From positions 1 to 56,119 of the IMG/VR virus record IMGVR_UViG_3300036820_000642: DNA of 56,119 nt. One strand, 5' to 3'. Position 1 is the first letter of the stretch. The number at the start of each line of letters is the position of its first letter. The notes beneath the pieces were generated by a model. The model was not told the origin of the DNA. It did not search any database and was given only the letters and a program-made list of their open reading frames with translations. The position numbers and the translations under genes were made by a program. This document shows, piece after piece, positions 9,151-17,938 of the stretch. The DNA comes from a virus. Its lineage: Duplodnaviria > Caudoviricetes.

Positions 9151-9353
9151 AAATTTTTCTCAGTTCGTGGGCTGATAAGGAGTTCACGGCTGACCCGGAT
9201 CTAGAGAAGTCGATCCGGACGGCTCTGGAAATGGACGATCCGGCGTTTGAGCTGTGTCATGTCCTGGACTGCTACACGAGTGACCTGGATTACTGCGTTG
9301 ATGTGGTGATCCGTGAGGATGATGACGCTGTCCTGTTTGAGGATGAGCTGTGA
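9147..9353 (+). CDS. Acidic hypothetical protein
   Basis: GTGA coupling on both sides. Confidence 0.55.
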   Translation: MKIFLSSWADKEFTADPDLEKSIRTALEMDDPAFELCHVLDCYTSDLDYCVDVVIREDDDAVLFEDEL

Positions 9354-9532
9354 TGGATCAGGCACGGTGGGAAGCGAGAGAGAACGTTATCCGTGCGGCT
9401 CTGCACCGGGTGACCGCTGACTACGGTGATGAAACCAGCGCGCATTATGACGCTGACCGCGAGTATGCAGATGACTGGCTGGACAGTGCAGCGGCCGGCC
9501 TCGCCGAGGCAATCAAGGGAGACAAGCCGTGA
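9350..9532 (+). CDS. Hypothetical protein
   Basis: Coupled ORF. Confidence 0.55.
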   Translation: MMDQARWEARENVIRAALHRVTADYGDETSAHYDADREYADDWLDSAAAGLAEAIKGDKP

Positions 9533-9699
9533 AGGGTTACGGGCAGGTCGCCTTTGAGGCATACGCCAACCACGTGGAATGGACTAACCATGCGGGCGTG
9601 GCAATACCACCATGGGATGGACTGTCTCATCTGACTCAGCAGGCGTGGGAAGAGGCCGCATTGGCGGCCATTTACGAGACGGAGACGAAGCGGGTATGA
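9529..9699 (+). CDS. Small phage protein (GQVAFEAY...PWDGL...QQAWEEAA; not in ORF track)
   Basis: GTG with AAGGGAG SD; ATGA-coupled to next gene. Confidence 0.65.
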   Translation: MKGYGQVAFEAYANHVEWTNHAGVAIPPWDGLSHLTQQAWEEAALAAIYETETKRV

Positions 9700-9902
9700 C
9701 TCCAGAGGAAAAGATCGGCAAGAAGCTCGGCGCATTCATAGCCGAGGCGGGTGTTGGTGCGCTCGGCGCCTGGTGGCTGACGCTCGCTTGGCCTTCCCTG
9801 TTCGACCGTCACCCCGGCTTCTGGATCATGTGGGCTGTCGTCTCGATCGCCGAATGGATTATTGCTGTGTGCATGAAGGGAGAACTGTTGACCAATGGTT
9901 GA
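9696..9902 (+). CDS. Small membrane protein
   Basis: Two hydrophobic helices. Confidence 0.6.
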   Translation: MTPEEKIGKKLGAFIAEAGVGALGAWWLTLAWPSLFDRHPGFWIMWAVVSIAEWIIAVCMKGELLTNG

Positions 9903-10578
9903 GTTTGAACCGATACTCGTTCACCGGTCTTTCGGGAAGATCTCTCGACTGTTCCGGGACGGCGTGTACACGGAGAAGATCGACGGTACGCAACTGGGTG
10001 TCGGTGTGATGCTCGTCAAGGATGGGATGCGCGGGCATCCTGACCTTGACTCGCCTGCTGTGAAGCTCGGGAAATACTCGGATGGCACCGAGTACGCGAT
10101 TTATGCGCAGTCCCGTAACCGGCTGATTTCCCCGTTTGACGACAACTACAGTTCTGCGGCGTGGGTGCATGACAACGCGGAGACGCTAGCGGCCGACCTT
10201 GGTCCCGGCCTCCATTTCGGTGAATGGTGGGGGCATGGTATCCAGAGGAACTACGGGCAGCGGCAGAAATTTTTTTCACTTTTCAACGTCCAAAAGTGGG
10301 AGCCGGTAGCGGAGTCTTTCAAGACTCCGAATCTCCGGACTGTGCCTGTGCTGTCCAGGTTCACGTTCAGCACCGCGGAGGCAAGCCGCGTGCTCACCGA
10401 TCTGGCGATGAATGGTTCCCATGCTGCTCCGGGTTACATGAACCCGGAGGGGATCGTTGTGTTTCATCCGGCGTCACAGTCTCTGTTTAAGGCGACGATT
10501 GACAACGACTCGCGACCTAAGTCGTTGTCGCAGCGGCGTCGCCTGGCTGTGGTGGATGGCGAGGATCTTGCCGCGTGA
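9895..10578 (+). CDS. RNA ligase (Rnl2-like nucleotidyltransferase)
   Basis: Motif I EKIDGT, SRNR, FGEWWG, LFN, EGIVV, FK. Confidence 0.85.
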   Translation: MVEFEPILVHRSFGKISRLFRDGVYTEKIDGTQLGVGVMLVKDGMRGHPDLDSPAVKLGKYSDGTEYAIYAQSRNRLISPFDDNYSSAAWVHDNAETLAADLGPGLHFGEWWGHGIQRNYGQRQKFFSLFNVQKWEPVAESFKTPNLRTVPVLSRFTFSTAEASRVLTDLAMNGSHAAPGYMNPEGIVVFHPASQSLFKATIDNDSRPKSLSQRRRLAVVDGEDLAA

Positions 10579-10960
10579 TGGGCGGCCTTCTATCCGGGAT
10601 GTCCTTGACCATTATGGCGCGGAGCAGGCCAGAGGGTCGGGTGGATGGAGAACCATCCGGTGTCCATTCCACGAAGACCGGCGCCCTTCGGCGAGGATCA
10701 ATGAGGACGAGCAGCTTTTTACTTGTTTCCCTTGCCAGGTCTCTGGTGACGCCTATGAGGTCGTGAAATGGAAAGAGGGGGTGGGATTCCTTGAGGCTAA
10801 GCACTTCATACAGGATGTCATTGGAGCAGATGGCGGCGTCGTACGAGACGACGCTGCACGAAGCCGGGTGGGAGGCCGCCGCCTATTTGAAGGCACGGGG
10901 AATAGACAAGGACGCCGCAAAGTCCTACAGGCTCGGCCTCGTAAACAACGCGTGGCCTGA
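10556..10960 (+). CDS. DNA primase, CHC2 zinc-binding piece
   Basis: CPFHEDRRPSA...FTCFPC; start uncertain. Confidence 0.85.
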   Translation: MARILPRDGRPSIRDVLDHYGAEQARGSGGWRTIRCPFHEDRRPSARINEDEQLFTCFPCQVSGDAYEVVKWKEGVGFLEAKHFIQDVIGADGGVVRDDAARSRVGGRRLFEGTGNRQGRRKVLQARPRKQRVA

Positions 10961-11468
10961 CCACGCGCAATACGCGGGAATGCTGTGCATCCCGTACATC
11001 ACCACCTTGGGTGGTGTCGTCTCACTGAAGTTCCGCAGACCGCATACCTGCGGAGAGCAGTGCCAGCATGCGAAGTACATCAGCCCGTATGACACGAGGC
11101 TGTATAACGCGGTCGCCTTGGATAAGGCGGACCAGCTCGGTTACATATGTGTTTGTGAAGGGGAGTTTGATGCCATCATATTGGACCACGCAGGTTTCCC
11201 CGCAGTGGGGATACCCGGAGTGGAATGCTGGTCCGCCCACCCGGAGTGGGCCGGATTGTTCACCGGCCACCAGCGAGTATTCGTCTTCTGCGATCCGGAC
11301 GAACCGGGGGAACGACTGGGTAAGGCCATTGTCAGATCCGTTGGGAGCGCAGTCCGCTGCGTCTCCCTCGGAGCCGATGTCAACGACTATTTCAGCAACG
11401 AGTGCGGAGGAGACAGGAATGAGTTCAGAGAACGTATATGTGAATGGCTCGGTGTTCAAGCCGGGTGA
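10791..11468 (+). CDS. DNA primase, TOPRIM piece
   Basis: YLKARGI, IPY, KFR, CEGEFDA, DPDEPG, DVND. Confidence 0.85.
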   Translation: MRLSTSYRMSLEQMAASYETTLHEAGWEAAAYLKARGIDKDAAKSYRLGLVNNAWPDHAQYAGMLCIPYITTLGGVVSLKFRRPHTCGEQCQHAKYISPYDTRLYNAVALDKADQLGYICVCEGEFDAIILDHAGFPAVGIPGVECWSAHPEWAGLFTGHQRVFVFCDPDEPGERLGKAIVRSVGSAVRCVSLGADVNDYFSNECGGDRNEFRERICEWLGVQAG

Positions 11469-11775
11469 CCGTGTGCGCGTCGTCATTGAGGGCACCGTTA
11501 AGGACAGGGCTGGGAACATGTGGGCATCCGTGGTTCCCGACTCGCTCCAACTGACTGTTGATGACGGGAAGGGAGACATTCTCCTCCCCACGGAGCGGCT
11601 TACCAGCGCCTCCCACATCGACCCCGAGTTCATCGCGGGCCGCGCCTATGTGGATGGTGACGGTGATTGGCTGCTGCGCACTGATGATGACCGGTGGATC
11701 GACTATGAAGGCGATTACTGGGATCACGATGGTGCTACGCGGCCTGTGCGTGCCGCGGAGGCTGTGACTGTTTAA
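11419..11775 (+). CDS. Hypothetical protein
   Basis: ATG after GGAGGAG SD; FKPGDRVRV. Confidence 0.7.
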   Translation: MSSENVYVNGSVFKPGDRVRVVIEGTVKDRAGNMWASVVPDSLQLTVDDGKGDILLPTERLTSASHIDPEFIAGRAYVDGDGDWLLRTDDDRWIDYEGDYWDHDGATRPVRAAEAVTV

Positions 11776-11785
11776 CTGACGGGTG

Positions 11786-11820
11786 CCGGAGCCCCGCTGC
11801 GGCGGGGCTCCGGTTCTCTC
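11786..11820 (+). terminator. Intrinsic terminator-like hairpin
   Basis: ccggagccccgc/gcggggctccgg followed by ttctctc. Confidence 0.55.
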
Positions 11821-11837
11821 TTGGGGAGGGGAAACGA

Positions 11838-11960
11838 ATGAGTGTGTATCCGTGCTGCCACGGGCAGGACATTTGCCCGCAACACTTGCAGCAGCAGCAG
11901 GAAGATAAGAAGTGGCGTGACAACCAGTTGTCTGGCCGTTTCACGGGGACGAGGCTGTGA
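11838..11960 (+). CDS. Small protein (40 aa; MSVYPCCHGQDICPQH...)
   Basis: Strong SD GGGGAGGGG; GTGA-coupled to phosphoesterase. Confidence 0.5.
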   Translation: MSVYPCCHGQDICPQHLQQQQEDKKWRDNQLSGRFTGTRL

Positions 11961-12766
11961 GTCAGCGGATTGTCGTGGTATCGGATATGCAGATCCCATA
12001 CCACGATGAGAATGCGGTGCTGGGGCTCGTCCGGTTCATTTCTGATTTTCAGCCGGACATGCTCGTCAACGTCGGTGACGATATTGACTCGCCGCAGACC
12101 TCCTATTGGTGTAAGGGGAAGGCTGGCGAGTATCAGGCTACGTTGCAACGCGACATTGACCAGACACGGCATGTGCATGGGTTGTTTCGTGAGGCGCTGG
12201 GCGCGAAACCCTACCATGTGTCGCGGTCGAATCATGGTGACCGGACGGGCCGGTATATCGCCCAGTATGCGCCTGCACTCCAGAAGCTCCGGTGTCTGGA
12301 GTTGCCGCGCCTGCTCGGCTATGACGAGCTGGGTATCCAGTACCACCGTGAGCCGTTCCCGGTGGCTCCCGGCTGGGTGTGCGCTCACGGGGATGAGGGG
12401 ACGCTCTCGCTCATTGCCGGGCGAACCGCTGGGCTCTTGGCTGAGAAGTGGGGCACTAGCGTTGTTTGCGGTCACACACACAGGGCCGGTATCACCAGCC
12501 GTTCATACGGGTACGGCGGGCACGTCAACCGCACAGTGACCGGTATGGAAGTCGGCCACCTCATGTGCATGGGCGAAGCCGGTTACCTGCCTGGCGGTTA
12601 CGGCGACTGGCAAGAAGCCTTCGGCATCCTTTACGTCTCCGGGGAATCAGTGTCACCTGTTCTCGTGCCCGTGCACGAGGGCGGTTATTTCACAGTGGAG
12701 GGGGTGGAATATGGAAGTGTCGCAAGCCGTGATGTTCACGCCTGGGACAATGAGTCGTCTCCATGA
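11957..12766 (+). CDS. Calcineurin-like metallophosphoesterase
   Basis: SDMQIP, GDDID, SNH, HG, GHTH motifs. Confidence 0.9.
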   Translation: MSQRIVVVSDMQIPYHDENAVLGLVRFISDFQPDMLVNVGDDIDSPQTSYWCKGKAGEYQATLQRDIDQTRHVHGLFREALGAKPYHVSRSNHGDRTGRYIAQYAPALQKLRCLELPRLLGYDELGIQYHREPFPVAPGWVCAHGDEGTLSLIAGRTAGLLAEKWGTSVVCGHTHRAGITSRSYGYGGHVNRTVTGMEVGHLMCMGEAGYLPGGYGDWQEAFGILYVSGESVSPVLVPVHEGGYFTVEGVEYGSVASRDVHAWDNESSP

Positions 12767-13388
12767 CCTCATCCCCGAAATCGCATCTAAAAGACGCAGA
12801 TTCTACCGGGGGGTATGTCGTGATGATCTTGAAGCGTCCATGTGGCTCGCAGCCTGCGAACAGGCCGCGAAGGTGGAGGCGCTGTCCGCTGAGGGACCTG
12901 TGGCCGCGCTGGAGGTTCTGCTAACACGCGCCGCTACGGCGGCGCAGGCTGCCGAGGAACGCGAGTACAGGGCACGGAAGGCGCTACGAGCCGGTTACGC
13001 GCCGAGGGATGAACAGTTCTACAGTGTCGGCGCGTTGCGCCGTCTCCTGCCCGCCTACCTCGATGGCGGGGTGTCTGCGGCGCCGCCGCAGGGCAGGGAC
13101 GGCAGCGCGGGCGCCAGGCCCACGGGCGCCGAACAGTACGGTGATTGGCTGTGCACCATGACTGACCTGGATACTGCGCTCAGCGCGGTCTCTGGCTATC
13201 ATCGCGGCATCTTGACGCGTTATTTCGAGTTCCCACAAGGTAAGTCGGGGTGGTCCCATCAGGAGATCTCCAGTGCGCTCGGTATCCCACCGGAGACGCT
13301 GCGGAAACGTGTATACCGGGCGCTGAAAGCGGTACAGAGGGAGCTTGGCGGCGATTCGCCGTATCGGGGAGACCGGCCGGGTTCTTGA
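12711..13388 (+). CDS. Sigma-factor-like DNA-binding protein (region-4 HTH)
   Basis: RDDLEASMWL; C-terminal SHQEISSALGIPPETLRKRVYRALK. Confidence 0.75.
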   Translation: MEVSQAVMFTPGTMSRLHDLIPEIASKRRRFYRGVCRDDLEASMWLAACEQAAKVEALSAEGPVAALEVLLTRAATAAQAAEEREYRARKALRAGYAPRDEQFYSVGALRRLLPAYLDGGVSAAPPQGRDGSAGARPTGAEQYGDWLCTMTDLDTALSAVSGYHRGILTRYFEFPQGKSGWSHQEISSALGIPPETLRKRVYRALKAVQRELGGDSPYRGDRPGS

Positions 13389-13510
13389 ACCGGTCTCCCC
13401 CCCTTTTCAGTGGATGATGATGATCGTCGCGACGACTGCGGCGAGGAACAGCCAGCAGAAGACATATGCGTACCGGTCCCGGTTGCGGCTGGGACCGGCG
13501 TGCATTCCGC

Positions 13511-13777
13511 TCATATCTGTTCCCCGCCGCGTATCGCCAATCCCAGCGGCGCGACGGCAAGAGCCCCTTGTATCTCGGCCATTTCATAGACCGCGGTAAC
13601 GAGGTCTTCTTTGGTCGCGGCAGTGTCGATCGGGCCGCGTATGCTGCCGTCTCGGTTTCTCGCTAGGAATGCATAGTATTCTTTCCAGACTTCCGGGGAA
13701 GCCTGGGTCATGAATATTCCTGTTATGACGAGCGCGGCTAGGTTCTGTGTGTCGGAATTTGCGAGAGTGATTTGCAT
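13511..13777 (-). CDS. Hypothetical protein
   Basis: AAAGGAG SD. Confidence 0.65.
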   Translation of the reverse strand: MQITLANSDTQNLAALVITGIFMTQASPEVWKEYYAFLARNRDGSIRGPIDTAATKEDLVTAVYEMAEIQGALAVAPLGLAIRGGEQI

Positions 13778-13825
13778 CTTGGGTGAGACTCCTTTGCTAG
13801 GGGGAGGGGACCGCCCATTACGGAG

Positions 13826-14152
13826 TTACCCGCGCTGGAGAAACCAGCGGAGAACTTTGACAGCGCCTTCTGTGGTTTCATCGGTCTCTTCGAGCCGGAT
13901 ACACTGGGCGCCTTCAAACTCGTAGGTCATGCGCTCGACGAGTCTGAGTGACCGGAGTGCGGAGAGCACTTCTTGGTCTGTGTGGCCGATGTGCGTGATG
14001 GTCACGGCGCATTGGCCTGGCTTGTGGCCGGTCTTGTATTTGCGGCCTTTCGCGATTTCTGCGGGGGTGAGCTGTTCACCGCACCGACCTCGGCATTGGG
14101 GTTGTTCCTCGGTGGCGTCAGCCTCCGGGGCTTCTGCTACGGCTGCTGTCAT
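13826..14152 (-). CDS. Hypothetical protein with CxxxC...H motif
   Basis: GGAGGAGG SD; CRGRCGE...YKTGH. Confidence 0.7.
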   Translation of the reverse strand: MTAAVAEAPEADATEEQPQCRGRCGEQLTPAEIAKGRKYKTGHKPGQCAVTITHIGHTDQEVLSALRSLRLVERMTYEFEGAQCIRLEETDETTEGAVKVLRWFLQRG

Positions 14153-14288
14153 TCCGTTTCCTCCTCCGGGTTTAGGCCCCTGGCTCGGCCGCGCCCCTCA
14201 GCGCGTGTTACCGCTTCGCGTCCCAGTGGAGCTATGTACGGCCACGATACATTTGGGTCGTGGCCTATCGTGAGATTTACGAAAGTTT

Positions 14289-15050
14289 CTACCCGCTTGC
14301 CCCAATAACTGTGTTTGGAGATACGGCATCCGGGGACAATCCGAACCTCGGCGGCGGGGTAGGCACAACCTGTTGCGTCGGCGCCAGCGAACCCCTCCGC
14401 TGCGACAAGATGACCTCGGCAAGCCGATCCAACGGCCAGCCAGCCCCGTTAGCGAGCGCTGACAGGTAGATCTCTGGCCATCCCGCCACGTCGTACACCA
14501 GCGGGTCGCGCTCGGTGATGCCGGACCAGGCCATCACGCCGGCCGGCAGGACAAGTGTCTGCGCGTCCAGCGCGACCGGCTGCCACCATGCGATTGGTAT
14601 TGTCCGGTATTCGACTATTCCTTGTGCTCCTAGCCCTCGGGCTAGGTACCCTCGCCTCCAGGCGAGATGACAGAGCACACCCAAGGGAGTGAACCCGCAG
14701 GAATCCTCTAGATGGAATTTGGATTGCGGGTATATCCCCGAGTAGAGCGCTTCTGCCCATTCCTCCCGGATGTGCGGATACATTAATCCCCCCTGGTTGG
14801 TGCGGCGCCTACGTCTGTAGATGTACGGGATGGCGGCGAGTGCCGCTGTCGCGGCGAGCCCTGCCATTACCGGGTAACGGCGCCTGTAGTGGCAGTCAGA
14901 TGCCAGCACGCAGCCGATTACCGTGGCTTCCCACACAGTGAACAAGGCGATGGTGTGCCAGGCGGTGTAGGTGCGGTACTTATCCATGTTGCGGCCTAAC
15001 TTGACCGCTGCCGCGCCTCCCCCCATAGGATTGCGCGTCCCAGCAGTCAC
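14289..15050 (-). CDS. 2-TM segment fused in frame to divergent 'ALRSG/CCLGV' family copy 5 (internal ATG at 14783)
   Basis: N-part hydrophobic with RRRRR; C-part WAEALYSGIYPQ...PLGVLC...LPAGVMAWSG; SD AGGGGGGA before the internal ATG. Confidence 0.7.
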   Translation of the reverse strand: MTAGTRNPMGGGAAAVKLGRNMDKYRTYTAWHTIALFTVWEATVIGCVLASDCHYRRRYPVMAGLAATAALAAIPYIYRRRRRTNQGGLMYPHIREEWAEALYSGIYPQSKFHLEDSCGFTPLGVLCHLAWRRGYLARGLGAQGIVEYRTIPIAWWQPVALDAQTLVLPAGVMAWSGITERDPLVYDVAGWPEIYLSALANGAGWPLDRLAEVILSQRRGSLAPTQQVVPTPPPRFGLSPDAVSPNTVIGASG

Positions 15051-15065
15051 TGTGCGTACCGCACA

Positions 15066-15094
15066 TGACTACACCCCGATGTTGCCAATGTCAA
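15066..15094 (-). promoter_or_regulatory. Leftward sigma70-type promoter
   Basis: TTGACA-17 bp-TAGTCA(T). Confidence 0.5.
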
Positions 15095-15121
15095 GCGAAA
15101 CACCGGTAACACGCTGCGTGT

Positions 15122-15556
15122 TCACTCCGTGAGGCGTTCGAGCGCTGCCTGTATCTCCTCGCGCCGGTACCCCTGGACAAGGCGCTGACTGGGGACTTCA
15201 CGCACCTTCGTGGACTCGACTTCTTCGCCGATAGCGGCGGACAGCTTGTGCTGGCCACTCCGCGCGGAATCCCAGTCTTCCGCGTAGGGCCGGTTGTTCA
15301 TGCCGCGCAACAGGTCGCGGATCGTCGCGGAGGGCAGGCCCCCGCGGTCGGGGTAGCGTTCGCTCCACACTCTGATGATGTCTGCATAGAGCTGGAGGCG
15401 TTCTATCTCGGCTAGCTCGGCGCGCAGCGCTTCCAACTCGCCCTCGCGGGCGGTGATCTCCGCGCGCAGCCTCGCTAGCCGTTGGCTGTAATCCCTCAAT
15501 GTCTGTGGCCTCCGCGTGTCGCTCCCAAAACGCGGTGATTCCCCTCCCAGCGCCAA
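15122..15556 (-). CDS. Coiled coil plus DUF3631-like C-terminal domain (paralog of the C-terminus of 15626-16777)
   Basis: ADIIRVW...LPSATI...RPYAEDW...KVR...QGYRR aligns with LDIRKVW...MYSTTL...APYATRW...KMR...AGYER. Confidence 0.65.
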   Translation of the reverse strand: MALGGESPRFGSDTRRPQTLRDYSQRLARLRAEITAREGELEALRAELAEIERLQLYADIIRVWSERYPDRGGLPSATIRDLLRGMNNRPYAEDWDSARSGQHKLSAAIGEEVESTKVREVPSQRLVQGYRREEIQAALERLTE

Positions 15557-15625
15557 GCGGGCAGCGCTGGGAGGGAAGGTGATGCACCTACTTTAGTGGA
15601 GACCGGAACACCGTAACACCGCCTC

Positions 15626-16777
15626 CTAGCTGGCGTGTTCCGGTTGTTCCGCATGTTCCGGTTGATTTGCCACGCTGGCATCCTGTTCGGCCCAAAGCGG
15701 ATCAAACATGGTCCGTTCGTAGCCTGCGGCGGGGTCGCCGCCCTCAATCCGCATCTTCTTCGGCCCGATACCCTTGGGCCGAAGCAGTGTCGCCAGCTCC
15801 TGCTTGGCGACGAGCGGGTTGTCCTTCGGCCACCTGGTGGCGTACGGAGCGCCCGGCAGCACCATGAGGCGCTGAATGAGGGTAGTGCTGTACATGCGGT
15901 CCCCAGTCCATACCTTGCGGATGTCAAGGAGGAGCTGTGCCAGCGGAGACAACACGGGTTCTGCGGCTATGCCGCCCGTGATCTCTTCATAGGCGGCGTG
16001 GATGCGTTCTAGCCACCCGTGGCCGGCGACCTGGGCGATGGCGAATAGCGGTTGCCATTTCTCTGCCTTCCGGTCTTCGCAACCGTCTGGCAGGTCTGGC
16101 ATTGCGTCGGACAGTTCGAGCGCGTTCATCTTTGCCCACTGTCCCATTGACTGCCCGATTCCCACTCCCCACGAACTGTGGATTCTGGGATCAAACTTGC
16201 TGATTTCCTGTTCCGGTTTGCGCTTCTCCATGTAAACCAGGATGCTGCGCGTCATGCATGCACGCGGCAGGAAACGGAGACCGGCGAATACGATCGGGCA
16301 GTAGATCGGCTGTTCAATGATCTCATCCGAGCCTGAGCATTTGTCGTTGGTTCCATCCCATGCGAAACTGGAATTGAATGGTCCCTGGAATTGGGGAGCG
16401 GAGTTTTCCGTGCGGAAAATCCGGTCCGTCTCATCCATGGCGACTATCCCACCAGTCTTGGATTTCTTAACCATCCACCGAACGAACGTCGGTGCACTGT
16501 AGTTGCCTTCCAAGACTTTCGGCCTGTCCGAGAGCAGGGTGGTTAGCCTGCGGACTCTGCTCTTACCCGATTCGGGTAGGTCGGACAGTATCCCGAGGTG
16601 CGGCGTGAAGTTCCACGCCTTGAACACATAGGTGTGCATCGCCCATGCGGCTAGCATGTCCGCGTAGGTAGAGCCTGGCAGTACCGCGAATTCACGATAG
16701 AAGTTCGCGGCCTGGTCCAGGAGTTCCGCCCCTGTTTCGAGGGGCATCTGCTCTCTTTCGGGCATGAGTGTGTTCAA
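15626..16777 (-). CDS. DUF3631-type replication/ATPase protein
   Basis: WAMHTY...TPHL, Walker A PESGKS, MDETD, RSI, DRKAEKWQPLFAIA; TTG start behind GGGAGAATCA. Confidence 0.8.
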   Translation of the reverse strand: MNTLMPEREQMPLETGAELLDQAANFYREFAVLPGSTYADMLAAWAMHTYVFKAWNFTPHLGILSDLPESGKSRVRRLTTLLSDRPKVLEGNYSAPTFVRWMVKKSKTGGIVAMDETDRIFRTENSAPQFQGPFNSSFAWDGTNDKCSGSDEIIEQPIYCPIVFAGLRFLPRACMTRSILVYMEKRKPEQEISKFDPRIHSSWGVGIGQSMGQWAKMNALELSDAMPDLPDGCEDRKAEKWQPLFAIAQVAGHGWLERIHAAYEEITGGIAAEPVLSPLAQLLLDIRKVWTGDRMYSTTLIQRLMVLPGAPYATRWPKDNPLVAKQELATLLRPKGIGPKKMRIEGGDPAAGYERTMFDPLWAEQDASVANQPEHAEQPEHAS

Positions 16778-16867
16778 CTGATTCTCCCTATTGTTGATTC
16801 TCAATGTTGTCCAGTACACTAAAGGCCACACATCGAGGTCGGTGTGTAGCCTATGGCCTACTGGAAT

Positions 16868-17032
16868 TCAGCGCACGTCCGTGCGCCACTCTTCAATGAA
16901 CCGTTTCGTCTCCTGGTCATAGCGGATGATGTGGCTTCCGCCGAAGGTGACCATGGGGAACTGGCCGGAGATGAGGTTTTCTTGATCACTCTTGGTCAAG
17001 AGATTGTCTATCTCGTCTGTCACATCTTTCAT
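16868..17032 (-). CDS. Small hypothetical protein (54 aa, MKDVTDEID...; not in ORF track)
   Basis: ATGA-coupled to upstream gene; stop abuts hairpin. Confidence 0.6.
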   Translation of the reverse strand: MKDVTDEIDNLLTKSDQENLISGQFPMVTFGGSHIIRYDQETKRFIEEWRTDVR

Positions 17033-17262
17033 GGAATGGGTACCTGTTCCCCGTTCTCAAACATCGCTACCGGCGTCGGCAACACATCGGACTCAAAGTG
17101 GTTGTCGTTGTACACGCATGCCGTGACCGGACACTCTGTGCCCTGGACTACTTCTATCCGGCCGCGCGTGTGGTCGGCCGCTGCCTGGTAGGCCTCATCC
17201 TTCGACACAGCCACCTTAACGTAGTGGCCTCCAGACAACACCGTGTATGTGGTGTCTAGCAT
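17029..17262 (-). CDS. Hypothetical protein
   Basis: ATG after GGTGGAG; overlaps upstream stop. Confidence 0.6.
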   Translation of the reverse strand: MLDTTYTVLSGGHYVKVAVSKDEAYQAAADHTRGRIEVVQGTECPVTACVYNDNHFESDVLPTPVAMFENGEQVPIP

Positions 17263-17501
17263 CCTGCCACGTCTCCACCTTGGGACTGGCAGTACGGGGA
17301 CACCACAGTGTTGTTGTGGTGCCCCAGCTCTATACCGGCCGCCACACCCGCGATGACCGACACAGCCAGGACGAGCACAGCGATCCACGCCACAAGGAAC
17401 ATGGCGTTCCGTGTCTGCCGTGTGTTCTGCTCAATCATGGCGAGATGCTGCCTGATCTCGCGTTCTGACGTGTTGTCCGCGGCAGGCGTGTTGTTTTCCA
17501 T
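17256..17501 (-). CDS. Single-TM membrane protein
   Basis: FLVAWIAVLVLAVSVIAGVAAGI; start-associated motif. Confidence 0.75.
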   Translation of the reverse strand: MENNTPAADNTSEREIRQHLAMIEQNTRQTRNAMFLVAWIAVLVLAVSVIAGVAAGIELGHHNNTVVSPYCQSQGGDVAGC

Positions 17502-17580
17502 ATTGATTCTCCAATTCCTCTGGTTAGTTCTGCCCTAGCGGGCACCAAACCAGCCGAGGAATCGGCTGGAATGGAACACG

Positions 17581-17823
17581 CTAGCGACTCTTAAGACCAA
17601 TGAGAATATGCCACTCACGCAATGCGGAGGGGTGGCTTTCACAGTGCGCTACGAAAGTTTGTGTCGCACAGTCATAAACCGACCATTTACCCGCACCCAT
17701 GGGCACCGTGGCATACCGCGCAATAAGCTTCTCGTTAATTCCTGACGATATACTCATTACAGACCAACTTCCGCTTTCAACGCTGCCAACTCCGTTGGCG
17801 TTATAGATGCCATGCTTATCCAT
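17581..17823 (-). CDS. Early hypothetical protein
   Basis: Start-associated motif; stop within hairpin arm. Confidence 0.7.
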   Translation of the reverse strand: MDKHGIYNANGVGSVESGSWSVMSISSGINEKLIARYATVPMGAGKWSVYDCATQTFVAHCESHPSALREWHILIGLKSR

Positions 17824-17938
17824 TGATTCTCTCCCCTTTATTGTGCGTTTCTAGCCGTACTCCAAAATGGTCACTGTGACAATAACCTCACACTCTAGGA
17901 TGTGAGAATATGCTCACTTTGACCATTAAGGAGAAAGG

